Shown here: piece by piece, positions 53,076 to 61,935 of the stretch
Numbering within the stretch: the first letter of the stretch is position 1
Layout of the letters: each line of letters starts with the position of its first letter
Virus record (IMG/VR): IMGVR_UViG_3300025676_000004
Coordinates: 32,001-96,000 of that record
Reading direction: 5' to 3' (one strand)
From: a virus
Taxonomy: Duplodnaviria > Caudoviricetes
Length of the DNA stretch: 64,000 nt
Program-made: the position numbers and the translations under genes
Notes under the pieces: generated by a model
Database searches by the model: none
What the model was told of the DNA's origin: nothing
Seen by the model: the letters and a program-made list of their open reading frames with translations, nothing else

Positions 53076-53661
53076 TTTTTTAATAACGCAAGGTTCTTGT
53101 GGAACATATGCACTAAAATATTGTATGGGAGAGTATTTTAATTATGGATATAAAATACCTTGGAACACACATTCCAACAACCCAAACACACCACCCAAAG
53201 ATTCCAGAGTTGTTTATTTATTTGCAAATCCATATGACACAATATTGTCGTATTTTAGAAGAGATAAAGTGGAGTTTAATTGTAATGGTGGTTTTTTGTT
53301 TCCACACACTACCAATATCGGTGGAGATGTTGACTATTTTAAAAATCCTGAAAATAGAATAATTGAAAATTTTCTAAAGGATGAGTATGACCCTTTCTTT
53401 TTAAGAGAGCATTATGATAAATGGGCAACCTACAATGAAAGAAATTATGATTTGGTGATGATGCGATATGAAGAACTGAGTGAAAATGGTGTATCTTCAT
53501 TTATAGATTATTGGGACTTACCAAAAAATTTAGAGTTTAAATTTAGAAAAAGAAGTAGTGATTGGCAGAACGAACCACAAGAAATACAAGATAGATTAAA
53601 ACAAAAATATGGAGAATATTTTGATGCATATCATTCTCTCCCACTGGTATCGATAGGATAA
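53065..53661 (+). CDS. sulfotransferase-fold protein
   Basis: GSCGT (5'-PSB-like), VVYLFANPYDTILSY (3'-PB-like), RYEEL. Confidence 0.6.
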   Translation: MMNNFLITQGSCGTYALKYCMGEYFNYGYKIPWNTHSNNPNTPPKDSRVVYLFANPYDTILSYFRRDKVEFNCNGGFLFPHTTNIGGDVDYFKNPENRIIENFLKDEYDPFFLREHYDKWATYNERNYDLVMMRYEELSENGVSSFIDYWDLPKNLEFKFRKRSSDWQNEPQEIQDRLKQKYGEYFDAYHSLPLVSIG

Positions 53662-53664
53662 ACA

Positions 53665-54297
53665 ATGATGAATAAATTACAAGAACTTGCGGGTAAATAC
53701 GGAACAGACAAAACAAAAGATTGTCATACATTTGCTAATAAAAACTATATGCACAGATATGAATACTTGTTCTCGCCCATAAGAGAGGAAGTAGAATACT
53801 TTCTAGAAATAGGTGTTTATGGTGGATGTTCTCTTAGAGTTTGGGAAGAATATTTTCCAAATGCAAAAATTTTAGGGCTGGATATAAATCCTACCGCGAA
53901 AGTATTTGAAACTGATAGAATCAAAATATTTATAGGCTCACAAGATGACCCCGATACATTGGATGCTGTCATAGAAGAATGTGGTGGTAAGTTAAATGCC
54001 GTCATTGATGATGGTAGTCACTTAGTGGAACATATGATATCATCCTTTGAATATTTATTCCCCAGTGTTACAGAAAAAGGGCATTACATTATAGAAGATA
54101 CTTCCACCACCTATCGTGATTTGACAGCAGAATCTCAAGGTTGGCCTGGAATGCACTTAAATAATTGTTCTCACACAAATGATAGAATTAAATTTAACGA
54201 GTGGTTGTTGAACAAACTAGAAGAAATAGACCACAAAACTGGCACAATAGATAGTATTGGTTTATATCACCAACAAGTAGCGTTTAGGAAAATTTGA
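53665..54297 (+). CDS. sugar O-methyltransferase (MycE/TylE-like)
   Basis: YGTDK..H.Y, LEIGV..G.SLRVWEEYFP, IDDGSH, YIIED. Confidence 0.82.
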   Translation: MMNKLQELAGKYGTDKTKDCHTFANKNYMHRYEYLFSPIREEVEYFLEIGVYGGCSLRVWEEYFPNAKILGLDINPTAKVFETDRIKIFIGSQDDPDTLDAVIEECGGKLNAVIDDGSHLVEHMISSFEYLFPSVTEKGHYIIEDTSTTYRDLTAESQGWPGMHLNNCSHTNDRIKFNEWLLNKLEEIDHKTGTIDSIGLYHQQVAFRKI

Positions 54298-55245
54298 ATG
54301 AAATATATCGTAACAGGCGGAGCAGGATTCATCGGTTCACATATAGTGGATAGGTTGGTGGATGATGGAAATGAAGTTATAATAATTGATAATGAATCAG
54401 CAGAATCACACGACCAATTCTACCATAACAATTCCGCAAAATACTACAAATATGATATATGTGATTATGATATTATTGCTCCTTTATTTGAAGATGTGGA
54501 TACTGTTTTTCATCTGGCGGCAGAATCAAGAATTCAACCAACCATTATCAATCCAACACAAGCAGTAAAAACAAATACATTTGGTACTTGCAATGTACTA
54601 CAAACATCCAGAGAGAATAATGTAAGAAGGTTTGTGTATTCTTCCACTGCTTCTGCATACGGAACAAAAAATTCTATACCAAATAAAGAAACACAAATTG
54701 AAAACTGTCTAAACCCATATTCAGTATCGAAGGTATCGGGGGAAAAATTATGTACAATGTACTATGAATTATATGGATTAGAAACTATAATGTTTAGATA
54801 TTTTAATGTATATGGTGAACGACAACCAATTCGTGGACAATATGCTCCAGTGGTAGGCAAGTTTATAGAGCAAAATTTAATAGAATCACCATTAACCATT
54901 GTTGGTGACGGAAAACAAAAAAGAGATTTTGTAAATGTGAAAGATGTGGTTGAAGCAAATATACTAGCATCAACGGTGCAGTTAGATGAATTGTTTCAAA
55001 TAGAAAACAATAGATATGAGCGTGTTGATTATGGAGAAGTTATCAATATAGGAACTGGAAAAAACCACACTATAAAAGAAATTGCAACAATGATTTCTGA
55101 TTATCATATAAACATAGAAGAGAGAAGTGGGGAATTACAAGAATCTTTATCTTGTATAAATAAAGCAAAGAGTGTTTTAAACTGGACTCCAAAGGTGAAA
55201 CTAGAAGATTGGATTCAATCCCAACAAAAGGAAATTAAATTATGA
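54298..55245 (+). CDS. NAD-dependent nucleotide-sugar epimerase/dehydratase
   Basis: VTGGAGFIGSH, FHLAA, YSVSK, RYFNVYG, RDFV. Confidence 0.93.
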   Translation: MKYIVTGGAGFIGSHIVDRLVDDGNEVIIIDNESAESHDQFYHNNSAKYYKYDICDYDIIAPLFEDVDTVFHLAAESRIQPTIINPTQAVKTNTFGTCNVLQTSRENNVRRFVYSSTASAYGTKNSIPNKETQIENCLNPYSVSKVSGEKLCTMYYELYGLETIMFRYFNVYGERQPIRGQYAPVVGKFIEQNLIESPLTIVGDGKQKRDFVNVKDVVEANILASTVQLDELFQIENNRYERVDYGEVINIGTGKNHTIKEIATMISDYHINIEERSGELQESLSCINKAKSVLNWTPKVKLEDWIQSQQKEIKL

Positions 55246-56570
55246 GCAAACCAACAGTAACATTGTGTATGATTGTGAAAGACGAGGAGCATATCATTCT
55301 TGAATGCTTGGAATCTATGCACACACAAATCGACAGATACGATATTACCGATACAGGTTCTACCGACAATACAAAGAAAATCATCACAGATTTCTTTGAG
55401 GAAAAAGGAATTCCTGGCGAAATCCACGACCATGAATGGGATGGATTTGGTAAGTCACGAACACAATCATTGCGTAATTGCGATGGTAAAGCAGACTATG
55501 CTTGGGTGATTGATGCAGATGATACACTTCAAGGCACATTCAACTTTCCAGAAGATTTACTTCTTGATTCATATTCATTAAAAATCAAGCGAGGTGACTT
55601 CACTTGGTGGAGAAATCAAATCTTCAAGACAGATTCTAATTGGGTGTATACAGGAGTCCTTCACGAATTTGCTGAGTGTCCAGATAAACAAGCAGACGGT
55701 TCTCTCCGACAAGGAAGAATTGGAACAGAGGGATATCACATCGAAGCACGAACACTCGGTGCAAGAAATGTTGGTATTGACCCCATAGACAAATACAAGA
55801 AAGATGCAGAAGTATTTCTTAGTTGCTTGACAAATGAAGACGACCAAAACTACGAACCAGAAAACACACGATATCTTTTCTATCTTGCTCAATCATATTT
55901 CGATTCAAAGCAATTTGATTTGGCAAAAGAATGGTATATGAAACGAGCAGAAGCAGGTGGTTGGGAAGAAGAAGTATTTTACTCATTGTTCCGTACTGCT
56001 ATTTGTAGTAGTATCACACAAGAACCTTGGGAAAAGACAATGCAATATTTCCTTAGTGCTTGGAACTATCGACCAGTTCGTGCAGAACCACTATATCAAA
56101 TTGCACGAATCTATCGTTTGTCTGGACACCCAAGACTCGGTTATCTTTTTGCCAAACAAGCACAGTCGATTCCTTACCCACATCAAGATATTTTATTCCT
56201 TGCGAATGAAGTTTGGGATTGGCAAGTTCTTGACGAGATTGGTTCTTGTGCGTTCTATGCGGGACAATTTGAAGATGGATATAATGCTTGTATGCAACTA
56301 CTCAAGGAAAATAAATTTCCTGAAGGTGAACGACAACGCATTATGAATAACCTTGAACAATATCAAATAAAGATGCAAGAGATTCAACAGATGCAACAAG
56401 AGCAGGTTAAAAAGAACGAAAAAATAAATGCTGAGATTGAACAAGTCCGTTCTGAAAGACTCGCCAAAGAGAAAGAAGAACGAGCAGTTAAGGTTGCTGT
56501 TCAAAATAAAAATAAAGCAAAAGCACAAAAAGATAAAAAGAAACGAACCAAGAAAAAGCAAAAGGCATAG
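55242..56570 (+). CDS. GT2 glycosyltransferase fused to TPR repeats
   Basis: LCMIVKDE, DTGSTD, IDADD, GVLHE; TPR-like RYLFYLAQSY, AWNYRPVRAEPLY; Lys-rich tail. Confidence 0.9.
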   Translation: MSKPTVTLCMIVKDEEHIILECLESMHTQIDRYDITDTGSTDNTKKIITDFFEEKGIPGEIHDHEWDGFGKSRTQSLRNCDGKADYAWVIDADDTLQGTFNFPEDLLLDSYSLKIKRGDFTWWRNQIFKTDSNWVYTGVLHEFAECPDKQADGSLRQGRIGTEGYHIEARTLGARNVGIDPIDKYKKDAEVFLSCLTNEDDQNYEPENTRYLFYLAQSYFDSKQFDLAKEWYMKRAEAGGWEEEVFYSLFRTAICSSITQEPWEKTMQYFLSAWNYRPVRAEPLYQIARIYRLSGHPRLGYLFAKQAQSIPYPHQDILFLANEVWDWQVLDEIGSCAFYAGQFEDGYNACMQLLKENKFPEGERQRIMNNLEQYQIKMQEIQQMQQEQVKKNEKINAEIEQVRSERLAKEKEERAVKVAVQNKNKAKAQKDKKKRTKKKQKA

Positions 56571-56577
56571 ATATATT

Positions 56578-57006
56578 ATGAAAGCAGGAAACTACGACAT
56601 ATCGTTAGACCAAGGTTCTACCTTCGTTTTTCACTTAACCTACCAAGACTCTAGTGGGACTGCTATCGACTTGTCAAGTTATACCGCATCAATGCAGGTA
56701 CGCCGTTCCACAACTGACCCAGACATCCTTCTTGATATTTCAAGTGCTGGCGGTGTTACTGGTGGTGGAAGCACAGGAGAATATAGTTCAGGTGGTGGTT
56801 CAGCAGGAGTCGGGGGTATGACACTTAATGCTTCTGTCGTTGGCGCCGCAGGAACAACAGGTGGTATCTATATTAAAATTGATGCAGACACAATGAAGAA
56901 TGTACCACACGGAAAACATCGTTACGATTTTGAATTAACAAATTCTGGAACGGTAGATAAAATTCTAAATGGCAGGTTTGAAGTTGATGCAGAGGTAACA
57001 AGATGA
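56578..57006 (+). CDS. small virion-type structural protein
   Basis: YDISLDQGSTF, DLSSYTASMQVR, YDFEL...KILNG.F.V..EVTR; late-promoter-like motif directly upstream. Confidence 0.65.
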   Translation: MKAGNYDISLDQGSTFVFHLTYQDSSGTAIDLSSYTASMQVRRSTTDPDILLDISSAGGVTGGGSTGEYSSGGGSAGVGGMTLNASVVGAAGTTGGIYIKIDADTMKNVPHGKHRYDFELTNSGTVDKILNGRFEVDAEVTR

Positions 57007-57113
57007 AAATTGTTGTAAGAGAACAACTACCACCAAAAATTACAGTATCTTCAAAGAATAGTATTGTAATCAAACAGAAAGATGATAGAATACTTGTAAT
57101 CAAAACTGTTTAA
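57003..57113 (+). CDS. 36 aa hypothetical peptide (not in ORF track)
   Basis: ATGA overlap with the previous stop; MKIVVREQLPPKITVSSKNSIVIKQKDDRILVIKTV. Confidence 0.45.
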   Translation: MKIVVREQLPPKITVSSKNSIVIKQKDDRILVIKTV

Positions 57114-57133
57114 CTTAGTGAATATGGTATAGA

Positions 57134-57619
57134 ATGAATTACAACAACATCGTTGAAGATATTATAAAAGCATCAGAGTCAGCAAGAAAAATTGGTATTA
57201 CTAATATTCTTCAACCTGGTCTTGTTAAAGAAATGATAATTGCGGATATACTAAACCACAAAATCATTCTTACCAAGCACGATGCTGATGCACATCACCC
57301 AAACGACCCAACAGAAAAATATGAATACCTCTCCTGTAAAGAAGGTGGCAGTGGTCAACTTGACAGAATGTTCAAGACACCAATAGATAAACGAGAAAAG
57401 TCTCTCGACAGAATCTCAAGAAACTCTATGATATACTATGCAGTATTCTACAAATCAAACCAAATTAAGTGTAAAGTAATATACAAAATAGAACCATCAA
57501 TTATGCTTCAAGAAGCAAATAGGCAATTGGATGCAAGTTCAAATGATATTGCCCATTTAGGATTTTCCATTTCTTGGGTAAAAAAGAATGGTACGGTTGT
57601 ATATGAAGATGTTGTTTAA
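57134..57619 (+). CDS. PvuII-fold restriction endonuclease-like protein
   Basis: End-to-end resemblance to R.PvuII as recalled: GITNILQ, DAD..., YEYLS, YAVF, IYKIEP, WVKKNGTVVY; 161 aa. Confidence 0.7.
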   Translation: MNYNNIVEDIIKASESARKIGITNILQPGLVKEMIIADILNHKIILTKHDADAHHPNDPTEKYEYLSCKEGGSGQLDRMFKTPIDKREKSLDRISRNSMIYYAVFYKSNQIKCKVIYKIEPSIMLQEANRQLDASSNDIAHLGFSISWVKKNGTVVYEDVV

Positions 57620-57636
57620 CCCATAAAGGATTTATT

Positions 57637-58170
57637 ATGAATACTAATTTAGATTGTTACCGTTTATATGATGATGCTACTCTACCAGAAAAAGCAACAG
57701 CAGGTTCTGCCTGCTTTGATATTTCTTCTTATCTAAGAGAAGATGTTCTTGTTACTGTTTATGATATGAGTAATGCTAAAATAGAACGAACACCAGAATA
57801 CCATACAATTGATGGAAAAGAAAAACTCTGTTTGCGACTCGACCCTGCTGATAGGGTATTAGTTCCGACAGGAATCATATTCAAAATCCCTTTTGGTTAT
57901 TCTATGAGATTACATACTCGTTCAAGTGTTTCTCTGAAGAAGGGAATTATTATGCCAAACGGTGAAGGTATTATTGACAGTGATTATTATCATCAAACTT
58001 ATGTGATGCTATTGAATGCATCTGCCGATACTGCTTATATTTCAGACAAAGAACGAATCGCCCAAGGTGAATTGGTACAAACAGAATATTATACTATTGA
58101 AGAAACACTCCAAAAACCAGAACAAGTGACCGAACGAGCAGGCGGTTTTGGAAGTACAGGAGTTAATTGA
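57637..58170 (+). CDS. dut: trimeric dUTPase
   Basis: ATAGSACFD, VPTG, RSS, GIIDSDY, ERIAQ, RAGGFGSTG. Confidence 0.95.
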   Translation: MNTNLDCYRLYDDATLPEKATAGSACFDISSYLREDVLVTVYDMSNAKIERTPEYHTIDGKEKLCLRLDPADRVLVPTGIIFKIPFGYSMRLHTRSSVSLKKGIIMPNGEGIIDSDYYHQTYVMLLNASADTAYISDKERIAQGELVQTEYYTIEETLQKPEQVTERAGGFGSTGVN

Positions 58171-58490
58171 TGAACAGACAAGAACTATTCAAATTGCACG
58201 GTGAACTATGCCAAACGGCATTGGACATTATGAAAAAGAAAAATCACGACTATGCAGGACAGGGTGGCGAAACACCATTCGCCAATTTTACTCGGTCGGA
58301 AGCAATGGGCATATGTTCTACCGAACAAGGATTTTTGGTACGGATGTGTGATAAGTTGTCACGACTTTCTACTTTCGCCAGTGCGGGAGAACTCAAAGCA
58401 GATAACGAAAGTTATGAAGATGCCATTTTGGATATCATCAACTACTCTATACTTTTCTATGGATATGTTTCCACAAAAGAAAACAATTGA
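58167..58490 (+). CDS. DUF1599-like (nucleotide-modification-associated) helical protein
   Basis: KKNHDYA...FANF, RMCDKLSRL, ESYEDAILDIINY. Confidence 0.6.
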   Translation: MMNRQELFKLHGELCQTALDIMKKKNHDYAGQGGETPFANFTRSEAMGICSTEQGFLVRMCDKLSRLSTFASAGELKADNESYEDAILDIINYSILFYGYVSTKENN

Positions 58491-58514
58491 ATTTCCAGTA
58501 ATATGTGGTATAAT
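58487..58514 (+). promoter_or_regulatory. sigma70-type early promoter (lysozyme-gp43)
   Basis: TTGAAT-16 nt-TATAAT with an extended TG, 6 nt before ATG 58521. Confidence 0.7.
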
Positions 58515-58520
58515 TTAAGT

Positions 58521-58967
58521 ATGAAAAACCCTATTCAGAAACATCATATTATCGCAACCGCAGTATGTGCCATTGTAGTATCCGCAAGTATTTTCACTGG
58601 TAAATGTGAAGCACAAATTAGAAAGAAAAATCTGATGGATGCCATTTGTAATGTTGAATCAAACTGCGACTCGTCCAAAGTTGGCGACAACGGAGATTCG
58701 ATTGGTGCATACCAAATCCAATACGCATACTGGTTAGATGCAACAGAGTTTTCTGGTATCGGTGGAGAATACGAAGATGTTCTTGATGACGAATATGCAC
58801 AACAGATTGTCCTTGCATACTGGAACAGGTATGCTACAATGAAACGACTTGGACGAATCCCAACAGACGAAGACCGTGCGAGGATTCATAATGGTGGTCC
58901 TAACGGTTACAAGAAAACAGCAACCGTAATATACTGGAACAATATCAAGAAAGAGTTGAATGACTGA
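58521..58967 (+). CDS. invertebrate (i-type/destabilase-like) lysozyme with N-terminal signal
   Basis: ICNVES, GAYQIQYAYWLD, ARIHNGGPNG, YWNNIK; hydrophobic N-terminus. Confidence 0.78.
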   Translation: MKNPIQKHHIIATAVCAIVVSASIFTGKCEAQIRKKNLMDAICNVESNCDSSKVGDNGDSIGAYQIQYAYWLDATEFSGIGGEYEDVLDDEYAQQIVLAYWNRYATMKRLGRIPTDEDRARIHNGGPNGYKKTATVIYWNNIKKELND

Positions 58968-61530
58968 ATTTTATACAAATATCTCAATGAGGGGAAAGTA
59001 TATTCTCTATCGGGGTGTGGATGAACTTGGAAATCGTATTTCACGCAAAGAAGAATTTCATCCAACGATGTTTGTCCCTTCACAATCTAAAACAGAATGG
59101 ACAACTCTTGATGGTTTCTATGTAGAACCTGTACAACCAGGCGATATGACAGATACCAGAGAATTCATAAAGCAATACAAAGACATTCAAGGTTTCGACA
59201 TTTACGGAAACACTGATTATGTTTGTCAATATATCGCAGAGAATTATACAGGGGATGTTGAATACGACCTCGACAAAATTGTTGTTGCCAATATTGATAT
59301 TGAAACTGAATCCGAATATGGTTTCCCAGAGATTAACAATCCACTTGAAAGAGTGAATGCAATCTCCGTAGACTTCAACGGAAAGATGTATGTTCTTGGT
59401 CTTGGTGAGTTTACATTACCAGAAGACGATGTACATTACCAAGAACAATTTTCAGAAGAAGAAGATTTGCTCAAAGCATTCCTTGATATTTGGGAACAAG
59501 AATCTCCCGATGTTGTTACAGGGTGGAATGTTCGATTCTTTGATATCCCCTATCTTGTCAATCGAATAACAAAGGTTCTTAGTGGAAAAGAAGCAAAACG
59601 ACTTTCCCCTTGGAAGTTTTTCCGTGAAAGAACTGTAACCAAATTCAACAGAGAAAATGTTGTCTATGAGTTAAGTGGAATTGCAACACTCGACTATTAC
59701 GAATTGTATCAGACATTCACTTATGTCAATCAAGCATCCTATGCACTCAATCATATTGCAGAGGTGGAACTTGGCGAGAAGAAGTTAGATTACTCTGAAT
59801 ACGATTCAATGGCAGATTTCTATCGGAACGACTTCCAGAAGTTTATGGAATACAATGTTCTCGATACTCGTTTGGTGATGCGATTAGAAGACAAGATGAA
59901 ACTCTTGGAACTTGCAATCACTCTTGGGTATTCTGCCAAACTCGGAAACTATATGGAAGTGTTCGGTCAGTTGAGAACTTGGGATTCAATCATCTACCAC
60001 TTCCTACACGAACACAAAATTGCTATTCCACCGAAGAAGGGTGGACAAAGTAAGAATGAAAAGTATGCAGGTGCATATGTGAAAGAACCAATCACAGGTA
60101 TGCATGATTGGGTTGTGTCGTTTGACCTTGCCAGTTTGTATCCTTCAATCATTCGTTGGTTGAATCTTTCACCAGAAACAAAGACAGATGATGGATTCAG
60201 AAAAATGTTTGGGGTTGATTCTATACTTAACAACAACGACATTGCGATGGAGATGATAAAGGAAAGAACAGATAAGGGATTGTGTGTTGCCGCCAATGGT
60301 ACAACATACCATCAGAAGCATCAAGGTTTCCTCCCTGCACTCATGGAGAAGTTATACAACGAACGGAAGATGTATAAGGGGAAGATGATTGATACACAGA
60401 AGAAACGACAAAGCATTCTGAGATCTGGTGCATTGGGTGGTGATGTGACAAAACTACTCCACGAAACAGACAAAGAAATAACCAAGTACCACAACTTTCA
60501 GTTGGTTCGGAAGATTCAGTTGAATAGTTGTTATGGTGCATTGGGAAATGAGTATGGACGATATTACGATTTAGATTTGGCAGAAGCAATCACACTAAGT
60601 GGTCAGTTGATTATTCAATGGATTGCAAATAAACTCAACGAATATCTAAACAAAACAATCGGAACAGAGGATTATGATTATGTTGTCGCAAGTGATACAG
60701 ATAGTGTTTATCTCCGCCTTGGGAATCTTGTGGATAAACTTTGTCCTAACAGAAGAAAAGAACAGGTAGTAGAATTCCTCAACAAAGCATCAGAGGGAAT
60801 CTTAGTTCCGTTCATTGACAAGCAATACACAGAATTGTCAGATATAATGGGTGCAATGCAACCTGATGTTATTATGATGGAACGAGAAGTCATCGCAGAC
60901 AAAGCAGTATGGACTGCAAAGAAACGATACATGATGCGTGTGTTTGATTCGGAAGGTGTTCGTTATGACCCACCGAAGCAAAAGATTATGGGTATTGAAA
61001 CAACACGAAGTTCTACACCACAGGTGGTTCGTGACTCTTTGAAAGAAGCAATCAATTTGATTCTAACTACCGATGAAGACTCGGTAATTGAATTCATTGA
61101 AGATTTCCGAGAGAAGTTTGAGAACTTTTCAATTGAAGAAATTGCATTCCCAAGAGGTGTGAATGGTATGGTGAAGTATGCAGACAGAGGAAGCATCTAT
61201 CAGAAATCCACACCCATTGCAGTCAAGGGAAGTTTGATTTACAACCACTATGTTAGTAAATTGAAACTTGGCAAAAAGCATCGAAAGATTGTGGACGGTG
61301 ATAAAATCAAGTTTGTTCATTTGAAGAAACCGAATCCAGTTGGTGGAGTTGCGGGACAGGACCAAGTGATTGCATTCCCGAACGATTTACCAACCGAGTT
61401 TGGTCTTGATGAGTTTATTGATTACGACCATCAATTTGATAAAGCATTTTTGAATCCATTGAAAACTATCTTGGAAAATATTGGATGGAACTGGGAACAC
61501 ATTTCAACATTGGAAGGTTTCTTTGGATGA
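58960..61530 (+). CDS. gp43: family B DNA polymerase
   Basis: DIET exonuclease motif, SFDLASLYPSII, KIQLNSCYG, SDTDS, KKRY; C-terminal clamp-binding TLEGFF. Confidence 0.98.
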   Translation: MTEFYTNISMRGKYILYRGVDELGNRISRKEEFHPTMFVPSQSKTEWTTLDGFYVEPVQPGDMTDTREFIKQYKDIQGFDIYGNTDYVCQYIAENYTGDVEYDLDKIVVANIDIETESEYGFPEINNPLERVNAISVDFNGKMYVLGLGEFTLPEDDVHYQEQFSEEEDLLKAFLDIWEQESPDVVTGWNVRFFDIPYLVNRITKVLSGKEAKRLSPWKFFRERTVTKFNRENVVYELSGIATLDYYELYQTFTYVNQASYALNHIAEVELGEKKLDYSEYDSMADFYRNDFQKFMEYNVLDTRLVMRLEDKMKLLELAITLGYSAKLGNYMEVFGQLRTWDSIIYHFLHEHKIAIPPKKGGQSKNEKYAGAYVKEPITGMHDWVVSFDLASLYPSIIRWLNLSPETKTDDGFRKMFGVDSILNNNDIAMEMIKERTDKGLCVAANGTTYHQKHQGFLPALMEKLYNERKMYKGKMIDTQKKRQSILRSGALGGDVTKLLHETDKEITKYHNFQLVRKIQLNSCYGALGNEYGRYYDLDLAEAITLSGQLIIQWIANKLNEYLNKTIGTEDYDYVVASDTDSVYLRLGNLVDKLCPNRRKEQVVEFLNKASEGILVPFIDKQYTELSDIMGAMQPDVIMMEREVIADKAVWTAKKRYMMRVFDSEGVRYDPPKQKIMGIETTRSSTPQVVRDSLKEAINLILTTDEDSVIEFIEDFREKFENFSIEEIAFPRGVNGMVKYADRGSIYQKSTPIAVKGSLIYNHYVSKLKLGKKHRKIVDGDKIKFVHLKKPNPVGGVAGQDQVIAFPNDLPTEFGLDEFIDYDHQFDKAFLNPLKTILENIGWNWEHISTLEGFFG

Positions 61531-61718
61531 ATCTAAGCAAAAGAGAACAGAAGAAAATGGTTCTAAATATATTAGAATCAAAATTGAAAGAATGGCGTGT
61601 AAGTGCCAAACTAATGTTGGAAGATAAGAATTGTGATTTACAAACTTACGAAAAATTAGTAGACAACTGCACAGAATTAGAGTATACTATACAACAGATG
61701 GAGAAACATTATGATTGA
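61527..61718 (+). CDS. hypothetical protein
   Basis: ATGA overlap with the gp43 stop; 63 aa. Confidence 0.55.
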   Translation: MNLSKREQKKMVLNILESKLKEWRVSAKLMLEDKNCDLQTYEKLVDNCTELEYTIQQMEKHYD

Positions 61719-61935
61719 AGGTACAAAATTAGAAGCATTGATTGACAGTGCATTTGACGGACTAGACAGAATGCTTGGTGTTAGCAGACGAGCAAGAGAA
61801 GCAGACGGAACATATAGAGCAGACGACCCCTCAACTGTAAAGACGAACGAGGCGTACACATCTGGTAAGAGTCCTACAAATAAGGTTTCAGTAAAAAAGA
61901 AATCACAGAAGAAAAAGGTTAGCAAAAAGAAATGA
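61711..61935 (+). CDS. small basic protein
   Basis: GGAG RBS; RARE.DG.YRADDPST..NEAY motif and poly-Lys tail. Confidence 0.6.
   Translation: MIEGTKLEALIDSAFDGLDRMLGVSRRAREADGTYRADDPSTVKTNEAYTSGKSPTNKVSVKKKSQKKKVSKKK

Noticed and set aside
48307-56570. T4-style DNA glucosylation as the role of the GT cluster
   Set aside because: No dCMP hydroxymethylase or agt/bgt-like gene is in this window, the families are polysaccharide/protein-type, and heavy restriction-site avoidance argues against globally hypermodified DNA; not excluded by genes outside the window
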